From positions 32,916 to 96,915 of the forward strand of contig JAUIER010000012.1 in assembly GCA_030429765.1 (NCBI GenBank): DNA of 64,000 nt, in the 5' to 3' direction. Origin of the DNA: a bacterium. Lineage in GTDB: Bacteria > Omnitrophota > Gorgyraeia > Zapsychrales > Zapsychraceae. Both the position numbers and the translations under genes were made by a program. Position 1 is the first letter of the stretch. Each line of letters opens with the position of its first letter. The notes below the pieces were generated by a model. That model searched no databases, was not told the origin of the DNA, and worked only from the letters and a program-made list of their open reading frames with translations. Of this stretch, positions 8,165 through 17,399 are shown piece after piece.

Positions 8165-9895
8165 TTATATTAGGTCGAAGTTTAGCCGCCGCCCCTGTCG
8201 ATCCCGGATGTCCCGTGAATTGATCTCCTTGACCGCATGAATTAGCGAAGCCTTTGAATCCGCGGCCGATCCTGCCGAAATAGTCACATATACATGGCTC
8301 TCGTCCAATCGGTATGTGGCGGCACGGTCAAAAGTATCTGAAATTGTTAGACTTACGTATTTGCTGAGATATTGCCCCTCTACATAGGCCTGAACATGAG
8401 ATAAAAGTTGCTCGAACATTCCATCGACGTTCATTATAGTTGTCGCTGCGATCGGTTGAGAAGCCGACGGATCCTCATTTGAGGATACGGGCGCTTGATT
8501 GACATATTTCCGCATGAATGCATCCAGGATGTCCGTATCGGCCGTTTCTGCATTAGTAACCAGGGCCACTAGCGGCTCAGGTGATTCGTGAGCCCAAATG
8601 GCAAATACTGTCAGTGGCTGACTCAAATCATGAACATGTTCGTTCAGAATGTCGGTCGACATCTTGGCATACTGATAGATTGTGTCGTCATCATGACAGT
8701 AATAGGGGATTCGCTGGGCCCATTTCCCCGATTTGACCAATTCCTTCAGTTCTGGCTGACTTGGATGGACTCCAATGATAAATTCCCTGCGCTTAGGGAC
8801 CACGAAGGGTAGACTGGACAATGATCGTGATTCGCCATCAAGTATGTGGACCTCGTTTATAAAAAGCTGCTCTGGAATCTCAAATGATTCGACTAACGCC
8901 GCTATCTCCGGGCTTCCCAAGGAGCGTCCCTCGCTATTAAGCAGACACAAAGTATTGCTATTACTGACGATACAGCTGTCCAAAACAGAAATAGCCTTGT
9001 AAAGCGGTAGCTTCGTTGAAAAATTGTCATTTTTTTGTCCAATCTGAAATAGCTTTGTGTCCAGTTTTAGAGATCGTCCATCCGAAAAATCGATCTGGAA
9101 ACTCTGCGCCATGTTCTTGAGTTGATCAATCTCCAACTCTGCACGGGCCCAAAACGAGCCTGACTGTGAAGAATCAGTAATTTTGCCAATGACTCCCTCA
9201 TTTTGGAGTGGAAGCAACAAGGCTAAATCATTTCGACCTGAGTCTGAAGGGCCATTTTTCTCAAGCCTTGTGAGAATCTGAAAATCCAAGGCCTGGATCG
9301 TTTCCTGAGAATTAATGTCCAAACTGAGATCTCGAAAGAGTTCTGTGTAAAAATTTGACGATAGACATTCACATACACCGGCCAACATAAAAGTCAATCC
9401 TGCGTTGCTAATCGGATGCTCCTCCAAACCTTGTTTCCTTGACCGAATTGTTTCTACGGAGCGTAAGAACTCTTCGTCCAAACCACTCTCAGATTGGACA
9501 TTATTTTTGATCGCGTCCATTTCTTCTGTTTGACCAGAATCCGACATTGTCTGTACAGCTTCACTCTTTGTCGGATCATTTTCCTGGGGAGTAGTGACCC
9601 CTTCGGTTTCGGTCGGTATCGGGATCTTGGTGAGGTCCTGCGAAATCTGAATTTTCTTTTCAGCCGGGATCTCAAACTTCTTTTTCTTCTCGACCTTGAC
9701 CTTGGCCGGTCGACCAACGGAATTGCTTAAATTAGCTTGTTTTAGGATGGTGTTGATGGAGGATTTTGACACCTTGATCTCAAATTTCTCAGATGTCATC
9801 TCGGCTAGTTTTCGACAGCCCAGCTTGGGATTTGATTGCTTCTGATCAAGTATATAGTCGATAACTTCTTTTTTTAGTTTGTGGACAACACCCAT
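8165..9895 (-). CDS. HTH-containing hypothetical protein, possibly derived from a transposase
   Basis: N-terminal IS-type HTH (NPKLGCRKLAEMTSEKFEIKVSKSSINTILKQANL); C-terminal LVALVTN and KEINSRDIRDRQGRRLNF segments recall DDE transposase C-termini; no obvious terminal repeats. Confidence 0.55.
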   Translation of the reverse strand: MGVVHKLKKEVIDYILDQKQSNPKLGCRKLAEMTSEKFEIKVSKSSINTILKQANLSNSVGRPAKVKVEKKKKFEIPAEKKIQISQDLTKIPIPTETEGVTTPQENDPTKSEAVQTMSDSGQTEEMDAIKNNVQSESGLDEEFLRSVETIRSRKQGLEEHPISNAGLTFMLAGVCECLSSNFYTELFRDLSLDINSQETIQALDFQILTRLEKNGPSDSGRNDLALLLPLQNEGVIGKITDSSQSGSFWARAELEIDQLKNMAQSFQIDFSDGRSLKLDTKLFQIGQKNDNFSTKLPLYKAISVLDSCIVSNSNTLCLLNSEGRSLGSPEIAALVESFEIPEQLFINEVHILDGESRSLSSLPFVVPKRREFIIGVHPSQPELKELVKSGKWAQRIPYYCHDDDTIYQYAKMSTDILNEHVHDLSQPLTVFAIWAHESPEPLVALVTNAETADTDILDAFMRKYVNQAPVSSNEDPSASQPIAATTIMNVDGMFEQLLSHVQAYVEGQYLSKYVSLTISDTFDRAATYRLDESHVYVTISAGSAADSKASLIHAVKEINSRDIRDRQGRRLNFDLI

Positions 9896-9916
9896 AGTTT
9901 TCCTAAGATCATCAGA

Positions 9917-9956
9917 TTGGACATTTAAGTATACCGTCCAAATGCGTTTAGGTCAA
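9917..9956 (-). promoter_or_regulatory. sigma70 promoter with an overlapping palindrome
   Basis: TTGACC-N17-TATACT; inverted repeat TTGGAC-N13-GTCCAA (9917-9941) brackets the -10 box. Confidence 0.6.
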
Positions 9957-9960
9957 TGGT

Positions 9961-10302
9961 CTAACCAAGAATAATTTTGTCAGCGACTTGAGTGCGGGAA
10001 GATTGGATGACTCCTACTGGAACTTCGATGGCGGATTTTGCCTTCCAGTAAATTCGGCTTAGCCGATTGGGTCGGATATTTTGGACCAAACCCACCACGG
10101 TATTATTGTCATCGATAAAAATCACATCAATGGCGAAACGCATAAAGAACATGTGAATAGAATTACAATGGGTGATTAGCAGACCGTGACCCGGCTCTAG
10201 GGACTTGTGCTTAAGTAATCCCACCATTCTGGACATAAAGGTATCTGCTAAGACGGCTTGATCTGCGATAACCGTATTACGGGTGGAGTTTTCTATCTTC
10301 AT
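9961..10302 (-). CDS. DUF192 family protein
   Basis: ADTFMSRMVGLL...GLLITHCNSIHMFFMRFAIDVIFID motif; commonly tad-associated; ATG 10302 preferred. Confidence 0.85.
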   Translation of the reverse strand: MKIENSTRNTVIADQAVLADTFMSRMVGLLKHKSLEPGHGLLITHCNSIHMFFMRFAIDVIFIDDNNTVVGLVQNIRPNRLSRIYWKAKSAIEVPVGVIQSSRTQVADKIILG

Positions 10303-10344
10303 AAGGGTTAGGTTTTGATGTGCCAACGTCGACGGGGATAGGCA

Positions 10345-12504
10345 CTAGACAGGCTTGTTGAACATCTCTTTATTGAAGTTCATTCCACGGGTAATAAAGT
10401 CGTGGTAACAGTTGGGGACGTATCCTGTGGCCTCAAACTGACCGAGAATCTTGCCATTGCTGTCCATCCCCTTTTGTTTAAATACAAAAACATCCTCGAG
10501 ATGAAGTTGAAAATCGGCCGTGAGTCCTGTTGTCTCGCTGACCCCCGTGATCTTTCTCGAACCGTCTGAATAACGGTTGATGTGAACGATGATCTGAATC
10601 GCTGAGGAGATCATCTCGTTAATCGCACGCACTGGCAGCTCGATACCACTTAACAGAATCATCGAGTGCATTCGGGTCAATACATCGCGTGTTGAGTTGG
10701 CGTGTAGCGTGGTCATTGATCCATCGTGACCGGTATTCATCGCCTGAAGCATATCAAGAACCTCGCCCCCGCGACACTCACCGATAACAATCCGGTCAGG
10801 ACGCATCCGCAGACAGTTGATAAACAAATCACGAATCGTGATCTGCCCTTTACCCTCAACGTTCGCTGGGCGTGACTCCAGACGTCCCCAATGGCTTTTC
10901 TTCAATCGAAGCTCAGCGGCGTCCTCAATCGTGATAATACGCTCGCTGTCGGGAATAAATTCTGAAACGACGTTTAGGAGCGTTGTTTTACCCGCACCTG
11001 TACCACCCGAAACGATCATATTTTTACGGCAAATAACACATGCCTGAAGAAAATCGGCCATTTCCTTGGTGATACTGCCGTATTTTTCAATCAAATCATT
11101 GACCTCGATACGTTCCTGCCCAAACTTTCGAATGGTGATCATTGGTCCGCCCAACGACAAAGGTGGAATAATGGCATTGATCCGCGATCCGTCCTGCAGA
11201 CGGGCATCAACCATCGGAGTCGATTCATCGATTCGTCGACCTAATGGCGCGATGATACGATCAATAATGGAGCGCATCTTTTCATTGGAAACAAATTTTC
11301 GATTGGTAAAAATCAACTTACCATTCTTCTCGACGTAGATTTCGTCCTTGTTGTTGACCATGATATCCGTTACGTCGGGATCGGCCAGGAAATCTTCCAA
11401 AGGACCCAGTCCAAGGGCCTCATTGACAATATCACGGACCACGCGTGTGCGCTCTTCTTGTGAGGAAATCTTACCACCAGACTCCTCCATAAGTAAGTTA
11501 AGAACGACCTGCTCGGCGCTTTTCTTGACCTTTACCGCCGATTCCGGATCACCCAGCATATCAACCGAAATTCCGTCGAGATTAAGCCGTTCGACCAATT
11601 TCTCATGAATCCGTTTCTTCAGCGATATAATCTCATCCTCTTCCGTCGCAAATGTCGTTGTCGTTCCCGCTTGCTGCGTGACACCAAATTTTTCCCAGAA
11701 CGATCCTTGTCCGGACATACCGTCAGTTGATCTGACCTTTTCGACATTGCTGGTCTCAACGTAAATATCGTTCTTCTTGAGCGCATTGACCATTTTGTTG
11801 AATGCATCAGCCACCCCGCTGCGAGGGCTATCTAATACGCAAGGAATCCCCTTGTTAAGGGCCATTCCGACCGTTTTTCCATCTGAAGGAATGTGCGCTA
11901 ATATTTCAACTGGAATCGCCGATCGAACTTCCTGCCAATGGACACTTCCGCGGCTCTCCGAACGGTTTAAGATCAGGCGGACCATATTCATCGGGTAGTG
12001 GAGACTCTGTAAAACGTCCAGACAATTCTTAATCTGATACACAGATAAAATATCCGGCGTTCCGACGAGAAGAATCAAATTCGTGTGGTCCAGCGCGGCG
12101 ACTAGAATATCACTAAACGTACGACCGGCATCAATAATGACATACTCGTATTGTTTGCGGGCAATACGAAAGAACGCCTGTAAAGCCTCGGCATTAACCT
12201 GAGCGATTTCTTTATTGTTTTTTATGGCTGGTAGGAAATGAAGTCCACTTTGATGGACGGTGGCATGCTGAGCTAACGGATCTTGATCGGCATTTGGATT
12301 GCTGAACGTGGGTATGATATCGACGACGGAATTACGAACCTGGACATTAAGCATTCGGGACATATCCTGTCCGGCCTGCATGTCTAGATCGACGAGCAAC
12401 ACCTTTTTTCCAGCTTTGGCTAGTGAAGCCGAAAGGTTTACTGCCGTCAGCGTTTTTCCAACCCCGCCCTTGCTGCTAAAGACGGTAATAATTCTACAAT
12501 CCAT
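10345..12504 (-). CDS. cpaF: CpaE/TadZ (MinD-like) - CpaF/TadA pilus assembly ATPase fusion
   Basis: N-terminal deviant Walker A SKGGVGKT and VLLVDLD; C-terminal GGTGAGKT, TIEDAAEL, RMRPDRIVIGECRG, GHDGSMTTLHAN. Confidence 0.9.
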   Translation of the reverse strand: MDCRIITVFSSKGGVGKTLTAVNLSASLAKAGKKVLLVDLDMQAGQDMSRMLNVQVRNSVVDIIPTFSNPNADQDPLAQHATVHQSGLHFLPAIKNNKEIAQVNAEALQAFFRIARKQYEYVIIDAGRTFSDILVAALDHTNLILLVGTPDILSVYQIKNCLDVLQSLHYPMNMVRLILNRSESRGSVHWQEVRSAIPVEILAHIPSDGKTVGMALNKGIPCVLDSPRSGVADAFNKMVNALKKNDIYVETSNVEKVRSTDGMSGQGSFWEKFGVTQQAGTTTTFATEEDEIISLKKRIHEKLVERLNLDGISVDMLGDPESAVKVKKSAEQVVLNLLMEESGGKISSQEERTRVVRDIVNEALGLGPLEDFLADPDVTDIMVNNKDEIYVEKNGKLIFTNRKFVSNEKMRSIIDRIIAPLGRRIDESTPMVDARLQDGSRINAIIPPLSLGGPMITIRKFGQERIEVNDLIEKYGSITKEMADFLQACVICRKNMIVSGGTGAGKTTLLNVVSEFIPDSERIITIEDAAELRLKKSHWGRLESRPANVEGKGQITIRDLFINCLRMRPDRIVIGECRGGEVLDMLQAMNTGHDGSMTTLHANSTRDVLTRMHSMILLSGIELPVRAINEMISSAIQIIVHINRYSDGSRKITGVSETTGLTADFQLHLEDVFVFKQKGMDSNGKILGQFEATGYVPNCYHDFITRGMNFNKEMFNKPV

Positions 12505-12543
12505 AATTTCAAACTTACTGAAGAATGACTAATGAAAATTTAA

Positions 12544-12575
12544 CGTATTATATACCGCTATTAGTTTGTTTGCAA
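12544..12575 (-). promoter_or_regulatory. Internal sigma70 promoter for the ATPase gene
   Basis: TTGCAA-N17-TATAAT overlapping the secretin stop codon. Confidence 0.55.
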
Positions 12576-14222
12576 ACTATAAACAATCGGAATTGTTATG
12601 TTCAGTTCCTGTAAGTCTGTCTCTGGTGGAAAACTTTCAAAAGGTGCAGTTTCACGGGCTGTATTTAAGGCATAGTCATCAAAGATTTCCTGCCCGGATG
12701 TTTCCTTGACTAGAGCATAGGCCAACGTGCCATCGCTCAGGATGTGCAGACCGATTTTGACAGTCCCTTCCCATCCGTAATCCTTGGCCTCCTGAGGATA
12801 AACAACTTGCTCAGAAATAGCCTGCTGAAGGTTTTGCACGTAATCGGTCATTTCCGGTGGAATAAATGACGAGTAGTCATCTCCTCCGGACATGGACATA
12901 TCCGACATAAACTTCGTCGTCGTAGGGTGCGGAACCTGACTATCCATCATCTTTTTACGAGGCGAATCCTCATTGAGCCCCGTATCGATTCGATGAGGTG
13001 TTAGTGAAATCACTAACTCGACATCTGAATCTGGTGATGGTGTTGATCGGGATCGGAAAACCAATCCGACAACTGGAATGCTGCCTAAAAATGGTACCTT
13101 TTTAACCAATTCACCCGAACGCTGTTGGATCAAACCGGCCAATACGATCGTTTGTCCATCATCAAGGAATAGCTGTGTGCTTGCGCTTCGCGTAACGAAG
13201 GCCACGTCATCCCCCACCGCATTCGAGTTGTCAATATCACTGATCTCAATATTGATCTGAACGTCAATCTTGTTACGCCGAATCGTCGGTGTGATCGTCA
13301 TTCCAATACCATACTCCTTAAATTCGACGTTTTCTTGAGTAGACGTTCCTGTCGATGTCGTCGTACGAATTGGAATTTCACCACCAATTAGGAAACTAGC
13401 CTCTTCGCCGCTCAGAACTACGAGTTTAGGTTGCGATAGGATTCGTCCCATACCTTCTTCTAATAGAGCATTTACGGTAGAAATCAGGGCGCTTGTACGA
13501 CGGAAGTCCCCAATCTTGAAGAAATCTCCAATGGATCCATCAAAATCAGGCAAGTCCTCTGCATAGTCCAGCTTAATACCTCCGCCGGATCCGGTGGCGC
13601 CATTACCACCACCAGCTGTCCAGTCAATCCCTAGACTCTTGGTTAAGGTGGTGTTAAGCTCCGTAACTTGTATGTCGATTTGAACCAAATCTTCGATGTC
13701 CTCTTCTTCCACAAGGCTTAGAACATGTTGGTCAAACGGAGCAATGATATCATCAAACAGTATGGCCTTTTTGTCAGGCACACTACCAGTTAGGACAACC
13801 CGCCCTTCCGGCTTATTGATATCCAATTTTACGTTGTTAATTCCAGCCCCATTGAGAAGTCGTTCAAGTCGATCTTTAATGACGCTTAACTCGGTTCCTG
13901 AGACGTTAATCATAACCACACGTTTGCCATGTTCGTCCCAGATAAATAAAGGTGTTTGGCCCACGTTTTTGGCAATCAGCAGGATTTCCTGTTCGTCGGC
14001 ATCGACAACGTCAGCAATGTCTGGATCAGTCATCGAAAGTCGGGTCAGGGAATATACGCGTAGTTGCGTCAACTCCCCCAGAACCATGTTGACTTCATCG
14101 GTGTATATTGTATCTAAAGCCTCAGCATCGGCTTGTTGAGGTCTTATTAGCCCAAGTCCCATTATTAGGAAGAGCGCCATTATGGTGAAAAATCTGTTAT
14201 GAGTTATCTGTGCTGTTTTCAT
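12561..14222 (-). CDS. cpaC: CpaC/RcpA secretin with C-terminal TonB_C domain
   Basis: Signal peptide, pilus N-domain and BON-like segment; secretin motifs ILSQPKLVVLSGEEASFLIGGEIP and KVPFLGSIPVVGLVFRS; C-terminal VVYPQEAKDYGWEGTVKIGLHILSDG...ETSG...FDDYAL. Confidence 0.9.
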   Translation of the reverse strand: MKTAQITHNRFFTIMALFLIMGLGLIRPQQADAEALDTIYTDEVNMVLGELTQLRVYSLTRLSMTDPDIADVVDADEQEILLIAKNVGQTPLFIWDEHGKRVVMINVSGTELSVIKDRLERLLNGAGINNVKLDINKPEGRVVLTGSVPDKKAILFDDIIAPFDQHVLSLVEEEDIEDLVQIDIQVTELNTTLTKSLGIDWTAGGGNGATGSGGGIKLDYAEDLPDFDGSIGDFFKIGDFRRTSALISTVNALLEEGMGRILSQPKLVVLSGEEASFLIGGEIPIRTTTSTGTSTQENVEFKEYGIGMTITPTIRRNKIDVQINIEISDIDNSNAVGDDVAFVTRSASTQLFLDDGQTIVLAGLIQQRSGELVKKVPFLGSIPVVGLVFRSRSTPSPDSDVELVISLTPHRIDTGLNEDSPRKKMMDSQVPHPTTTKFMSDMSMSGGDDYSSFIPPEMTDYVQNLQQAISEQVVYPQEAKDYGWEGTVKIGLHILSDGTLAYALVKETSGQEIFDDYALNTARETAPFESFPPETDLQELNITIPIVYSLQTN

Positions 14223-14225
14223 AGT

Positions 14226-15104
14226 CTATAGCTCCGCGCCCCCCCGAAAGATTTGAACAAAAGGCAAGTCATCCGCTTCAACTTCCTCGACTTCGACAGA
14301 CTCACGCCGCTCTGCTTTTTTCTGCTTTGGCAGATTGAGCTCTGTCCCTTGCTTATCCAAAACATAATCGGATAGTGAATCCCAGGCGGCCACTTGTAAC
14401 GCTTTAGTGTCTTTCTCCGCCGGAGATCGTAGGGCTAGTTTTAACTTTCCGTATTTCTGAGAAAAAGTGATCAACCCCGCTTCTTCAGGGGCGACTGCGA
14501 TCGTGACATTCAAGTCCCTTGATTTTTGTTGTTGCTGATAAACCAGCGCACTTCCTACCGGTTTAAAATTCGAATTGACGGCCAGCACCTGAATGTTCTG
14601 GAAGAGCACAGATGTAACTTCCAGTGGTTTTTCGAGAGGATCTTGGGGATGTGGCACCTGCAGATCAGCCAAGATATCTACATAATCTCCCGGATTGATC
14701 AATCCACCTACCGCCGATAGAGAATCGATCAGAATTGTCATGGCGCGTTTTCCTGGAGGTGTGATTGAAGCGAACACTGTACTGTCCACAATTTGCGTCG
14801 GCATGCCGGCGGCTGATTTGGCAACTTCACCTTTTGGAAGGTTAGCTAACTGTGCCTGCAACGCTTTTTGCTGTTGCTGCGCCATGGCCTGCATTTGTTT
14901 ATGTAATTCGCGGTTTTTGATCTCCATCTCTTTCCGCAAAGCAGCCGTTTGGGCTTGGGACTTCTTTTCGTAGTCCTGGGCCAATGCCTTGGTTTGTGAT
15001 TCAATACTTCCTTTAACGTATTGACTCATCAAGAAGGCAGCCACAAGCCCTAAACCCACAGCTAGTAGTATCGTTGCAAATTGTTTTTTGTTTTCAATGT
15101 TCAT
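14226..15104 (-). CDS. cpaB: Flp pilus assembly protein CpaB/RcpC
   Basis: N-terminal TM; PPGKRAMTI...AVGGLINPGDYVDIL, LFQNIQVLAV, KLKLALRS. Confidence 0.9.
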   Translation of the reverse strand: MNIENKKQFATILLAVGLGLVAAFLMSQYVKGSIESQTKALAQDYEKKSQAQTAALRKEMEIKNRELHKQMQAMAQQQQKALQAQLANLPKGEVAKSAAGMPTQIVDSTVFASITPPGKRAMTILIDSLSAVGGLINPGDYVDILADLQVPHPQDPLEKPLEVTSVLFQNIQVLAVNSNFKPVGSALVYQQQQKSRDLNVTIAVAPEEAGLITFSQKYGKLKLALRSPAEKDTKALQVAAWDSLSDYVLDKQGTELNLPKQKKAERRESVEVEEVEADDLPFVQIFRGGAEL

Positions 15105-15117
15105 AGTTTCACCTCGG

Positions 15118-16125
15118 TTATTTTAGCAAATCCTCCCGGACCTCAACAGTTACCTTTTCTTTGACATTGTCGATGTAATCCAGTATGGCTTGTTGTTGTT
15201 TGAGCAAGGTTTGTGACTGGATGATGTCTTCTTTGATTTCACTGAAAGGTATCGTTTTACCGCCACGAATATCTTCCAGTTTTATGATGTAAAAGCCTTT
15301 GGGGCCTTTAAATACGTTACTGGTACCGCCCTTTTCAAGAGCCAAAATTTCCTGGGCCATCGCCGGAAATGGTTCCTGGGTGATGTAGCCCAAATCTCCG
15401 CCTTTTGACTTTGAATCGGCAATTGAATTGAGTTTGGCTAACTCGGCAAAATCGGATCCCTTGAGCACATCCACCAGGATCTCATTGGCTTTAATCTGGT
15501 CCTTGACCACGATTTCGCGAACCCGGTATTCCGATGGTTCGACCAATTGCTCTTTTTGCTCTTCATAGAATTTTTTGGCGTCTTCTTCCGTGACCTCAAC
15601 GTTTTCGGTGATCTTTCGAGCTGATTCCCGAACCAGAAGAGTGCGTCTGAATTCTTCGACAGCCGCTACGATATCTTTGTCTTGGGCCACACCGGTCCGT
15701 TCGGCATCTTCTACTAATAGTTGCTGACGGACTAACTCCTCCAGAATCAGCTTTTTGGCATCAACATTCTCTGCATCGAAATCGGGGACTACCTCTTTAA
15801 GGGCATCCAACCGTTCGTTAAACTCATCTAATGTGATGGTCCAATTACCCACTTTGGCCAGAAAGTTACCGTCTGATGGTTTGGATGGCATACTTTTCGG
15901 CATCGCTTTTTGAGGTGTTTCAGCTTTGGCCATTTGTTGTGGAGGTGGAGATTGTGGTTGAGTCTGTTTATTGACAACCGGCGGCTTGGGTGTGGAAGTA
16001 GCCACCATCTTCTTTTTGTCTTTCGAGAGGTGTTCTTTAATTGAGGAAATCATGTCGCATCCGGAGACGCTTGAAACAAACACAGTTGCCAACAACAATT
16101 TGAAAATAACGTACCTGGTTTTCAA
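15118..16125 (-). CDS. PpiC/parvulin-type peptidyl-prolyl isomerase lipoprotein (PrsA/SurA-like)
   Basis: Lipobox VSGC; FAELAKLNS...SKSKGGDLGY...GFYIIKLED; TTG start with SD AAGGAG. Confidence 0.85.
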   Translation of the reverse strand: MKTRYVIFKLLLATVFVSSVSGCDMISSIKEHLSKDKKKMVATSTPKPPVVNKQTQPQSPPPQQMAKAETPQKAMPKSMPSKPSDGNFLAKVGNWTITLDEFNERLDALKEVVPDFDAENVDAKKLILEELVRQQLLVEDAERTGVAQDKDIVAAVEEFRRTLLVRESARKITENVEVTEEDAKKFYEEQKEQLVEPSEYRVREIVVKDQIKANEILVDVLKGSDFAELAKLNSIADSKSKGGDLGYITQEPFPAMAQEILALEKGGTSNVFKGPKGFYIIKLEDIRGGKTIPFSEIKEDIIQSQTLLKQQQAILDYIDNVKEKVTVEVREDLLK

Positions 16126-16161
16126 TTGAGGCTCCTTACTATTTGCAATTTTTATTTATAA

Positions 16162-16190
16162 AGTATATCCGCTATCCTCGCCTCTGACAA
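16162..16190 (-). promoter_or_regulatory. sigma70 promoter for PPIase-cpaB-cpaC
   Basis: TTGTCA-N17-TATACT. Confidence 0.6.
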
Positions 16191-16371
16191 GCCTGTTTCG
16201 GCTGTTTATGCAAAATTATCAAAATTTTACATATCTTTGGCAATTAAATCATCGAATAACTTGCCCAATATTTGTGCAACACATTCAATGATATCATATT
16301 ATGAGAGCAATGCAAAATTTTTTAGGCTTATTTTTTGTAAATATATGATTTTTATATATTTATGTTATTTT

Positions 16372-17355
16372 TTAGACCAATTCCTGAACAGCATCCCGCT
16401 CGGACTTCAATTCGTCATAGGTCGCCTGAATTTTTTGCTTGGCAAAGTCATTGAGCTGAAGATTTTGCACAATTGTCCAATTTGCCCCATCTGATCGCAC
16501 AGGAAAACTAAACATCAGTCCTTCCTCAATTCCATAGCTCCCGTCTGAGCTAACAGCGACGGAAAAGTACTCACCTTCCGGGGTTGGTGTGGTTAGGTTT
16601 CTGACGGTATCCACTACGGCATTGGCCGCTGAGGCTGCCGAGGATAAGCCTCGGGCTTGAATGATGGCCGCCCCACGCTTCTGGACCGTTTCGATGAAGG
16701 TCGTTTTAAGCCAATTGTCGTCGGAAATAACCTCATCAATCGCTTTTCCGTTGATCGTGCCGTTGTACACATCCGGATATTGTGTCGCGGAATGGTTTCC
16801 CCAAATCGCGATGTTCTGGATGTCGTTAACTGACACGCCTGCCTTTTGACTAATTTGAGCATATGCTCTATTTTGATCCAGCATCGTCATGGCAAAAAAG
16901 TTACTGGCCGGGATGTTCGGCGCGGAGGCTTTAGCTATGTAAGCATTTGTATTGCAAGGATTTCCGACAACAACCACCTTACAGGTCGGTTTGGCATTAT
17001 TGTTGATCGCCTGTCCCTGCGCCGTGAAGATTCCACCATTGATCTTCAGTAGATCTCCACGCTCCATCCCGGCTTTACGCGGGACACTTCCAACGAGTAA
17101 CGCCCAATCGACATCCGAAAATGCCTTGTTTAAATCCGATGTTTGAGTCACCGATTTCAGCAGTGGAAAGGCGCAATCGTCAAGCTCCATACAAACCCCG
17201 TTTAAGGCCGGCAAAGCCGCCTCAAGTTCCAACAAATTCAGATGGACTTGGGTATCCGGACCAAACATCTGGCCTGAAGCGATTCGAAACAACAAGGCAT
17301 ATCCGATTTGACCGGCCGCTCCCGTTACGGCTACACGTACTTCTTTGCCTGACAT
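16372..17355 (-). CDS. mdh: Malate dehydrogenase (type 2)
   Basis: [43 protein letters not shown]. Confidence 0.95.
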   Translation of the reverse strand: MSGKEVRVAVTGAAGQIGYALLFRIASGQMFGPDTQVHLNLLELEAALPALNGVCMELDDCAFPLLKSVTQTSDLNKAFSDVDWALLVGSVPRKAGMERGDLLKINGGIFTAQGQAINNNAKPTCKVVVVGNPCNTNAYIAKASAPNIPASNFFAMTMLDQNRAYAQISQKAGVSVNDIQNIAIWGNHSATQYPDVYNGTINGKAIDEVISDDNWLKTTFIETVQKRGAAIIQARGLSSAASAANAVVDTVRNLTTPTPEGEYFSVAVSSDGSYGIEEGLMFSFPVRSDGANWTIVQNLQLNDFAKQKIQATYDELKSERDAVQELV

Positions 17356-17399
17356 ACTTTCCTCCTTAACATAAATATTTGGAATTAAAAGATTTAGGA

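Noticed and set aside
8165-9895. Active IS element
   Set aside because: No terminal inverted repeats, target duplication or recognisable intact DDE motif; kept only as a possible domesticated derivative
16200-16371. Very AT-rich spacer with ORF 16237-16494
   Set aside because: The ORF overlaps mdh antisense and has no recognisable features; no clear repeat or RNA structure in the spacer
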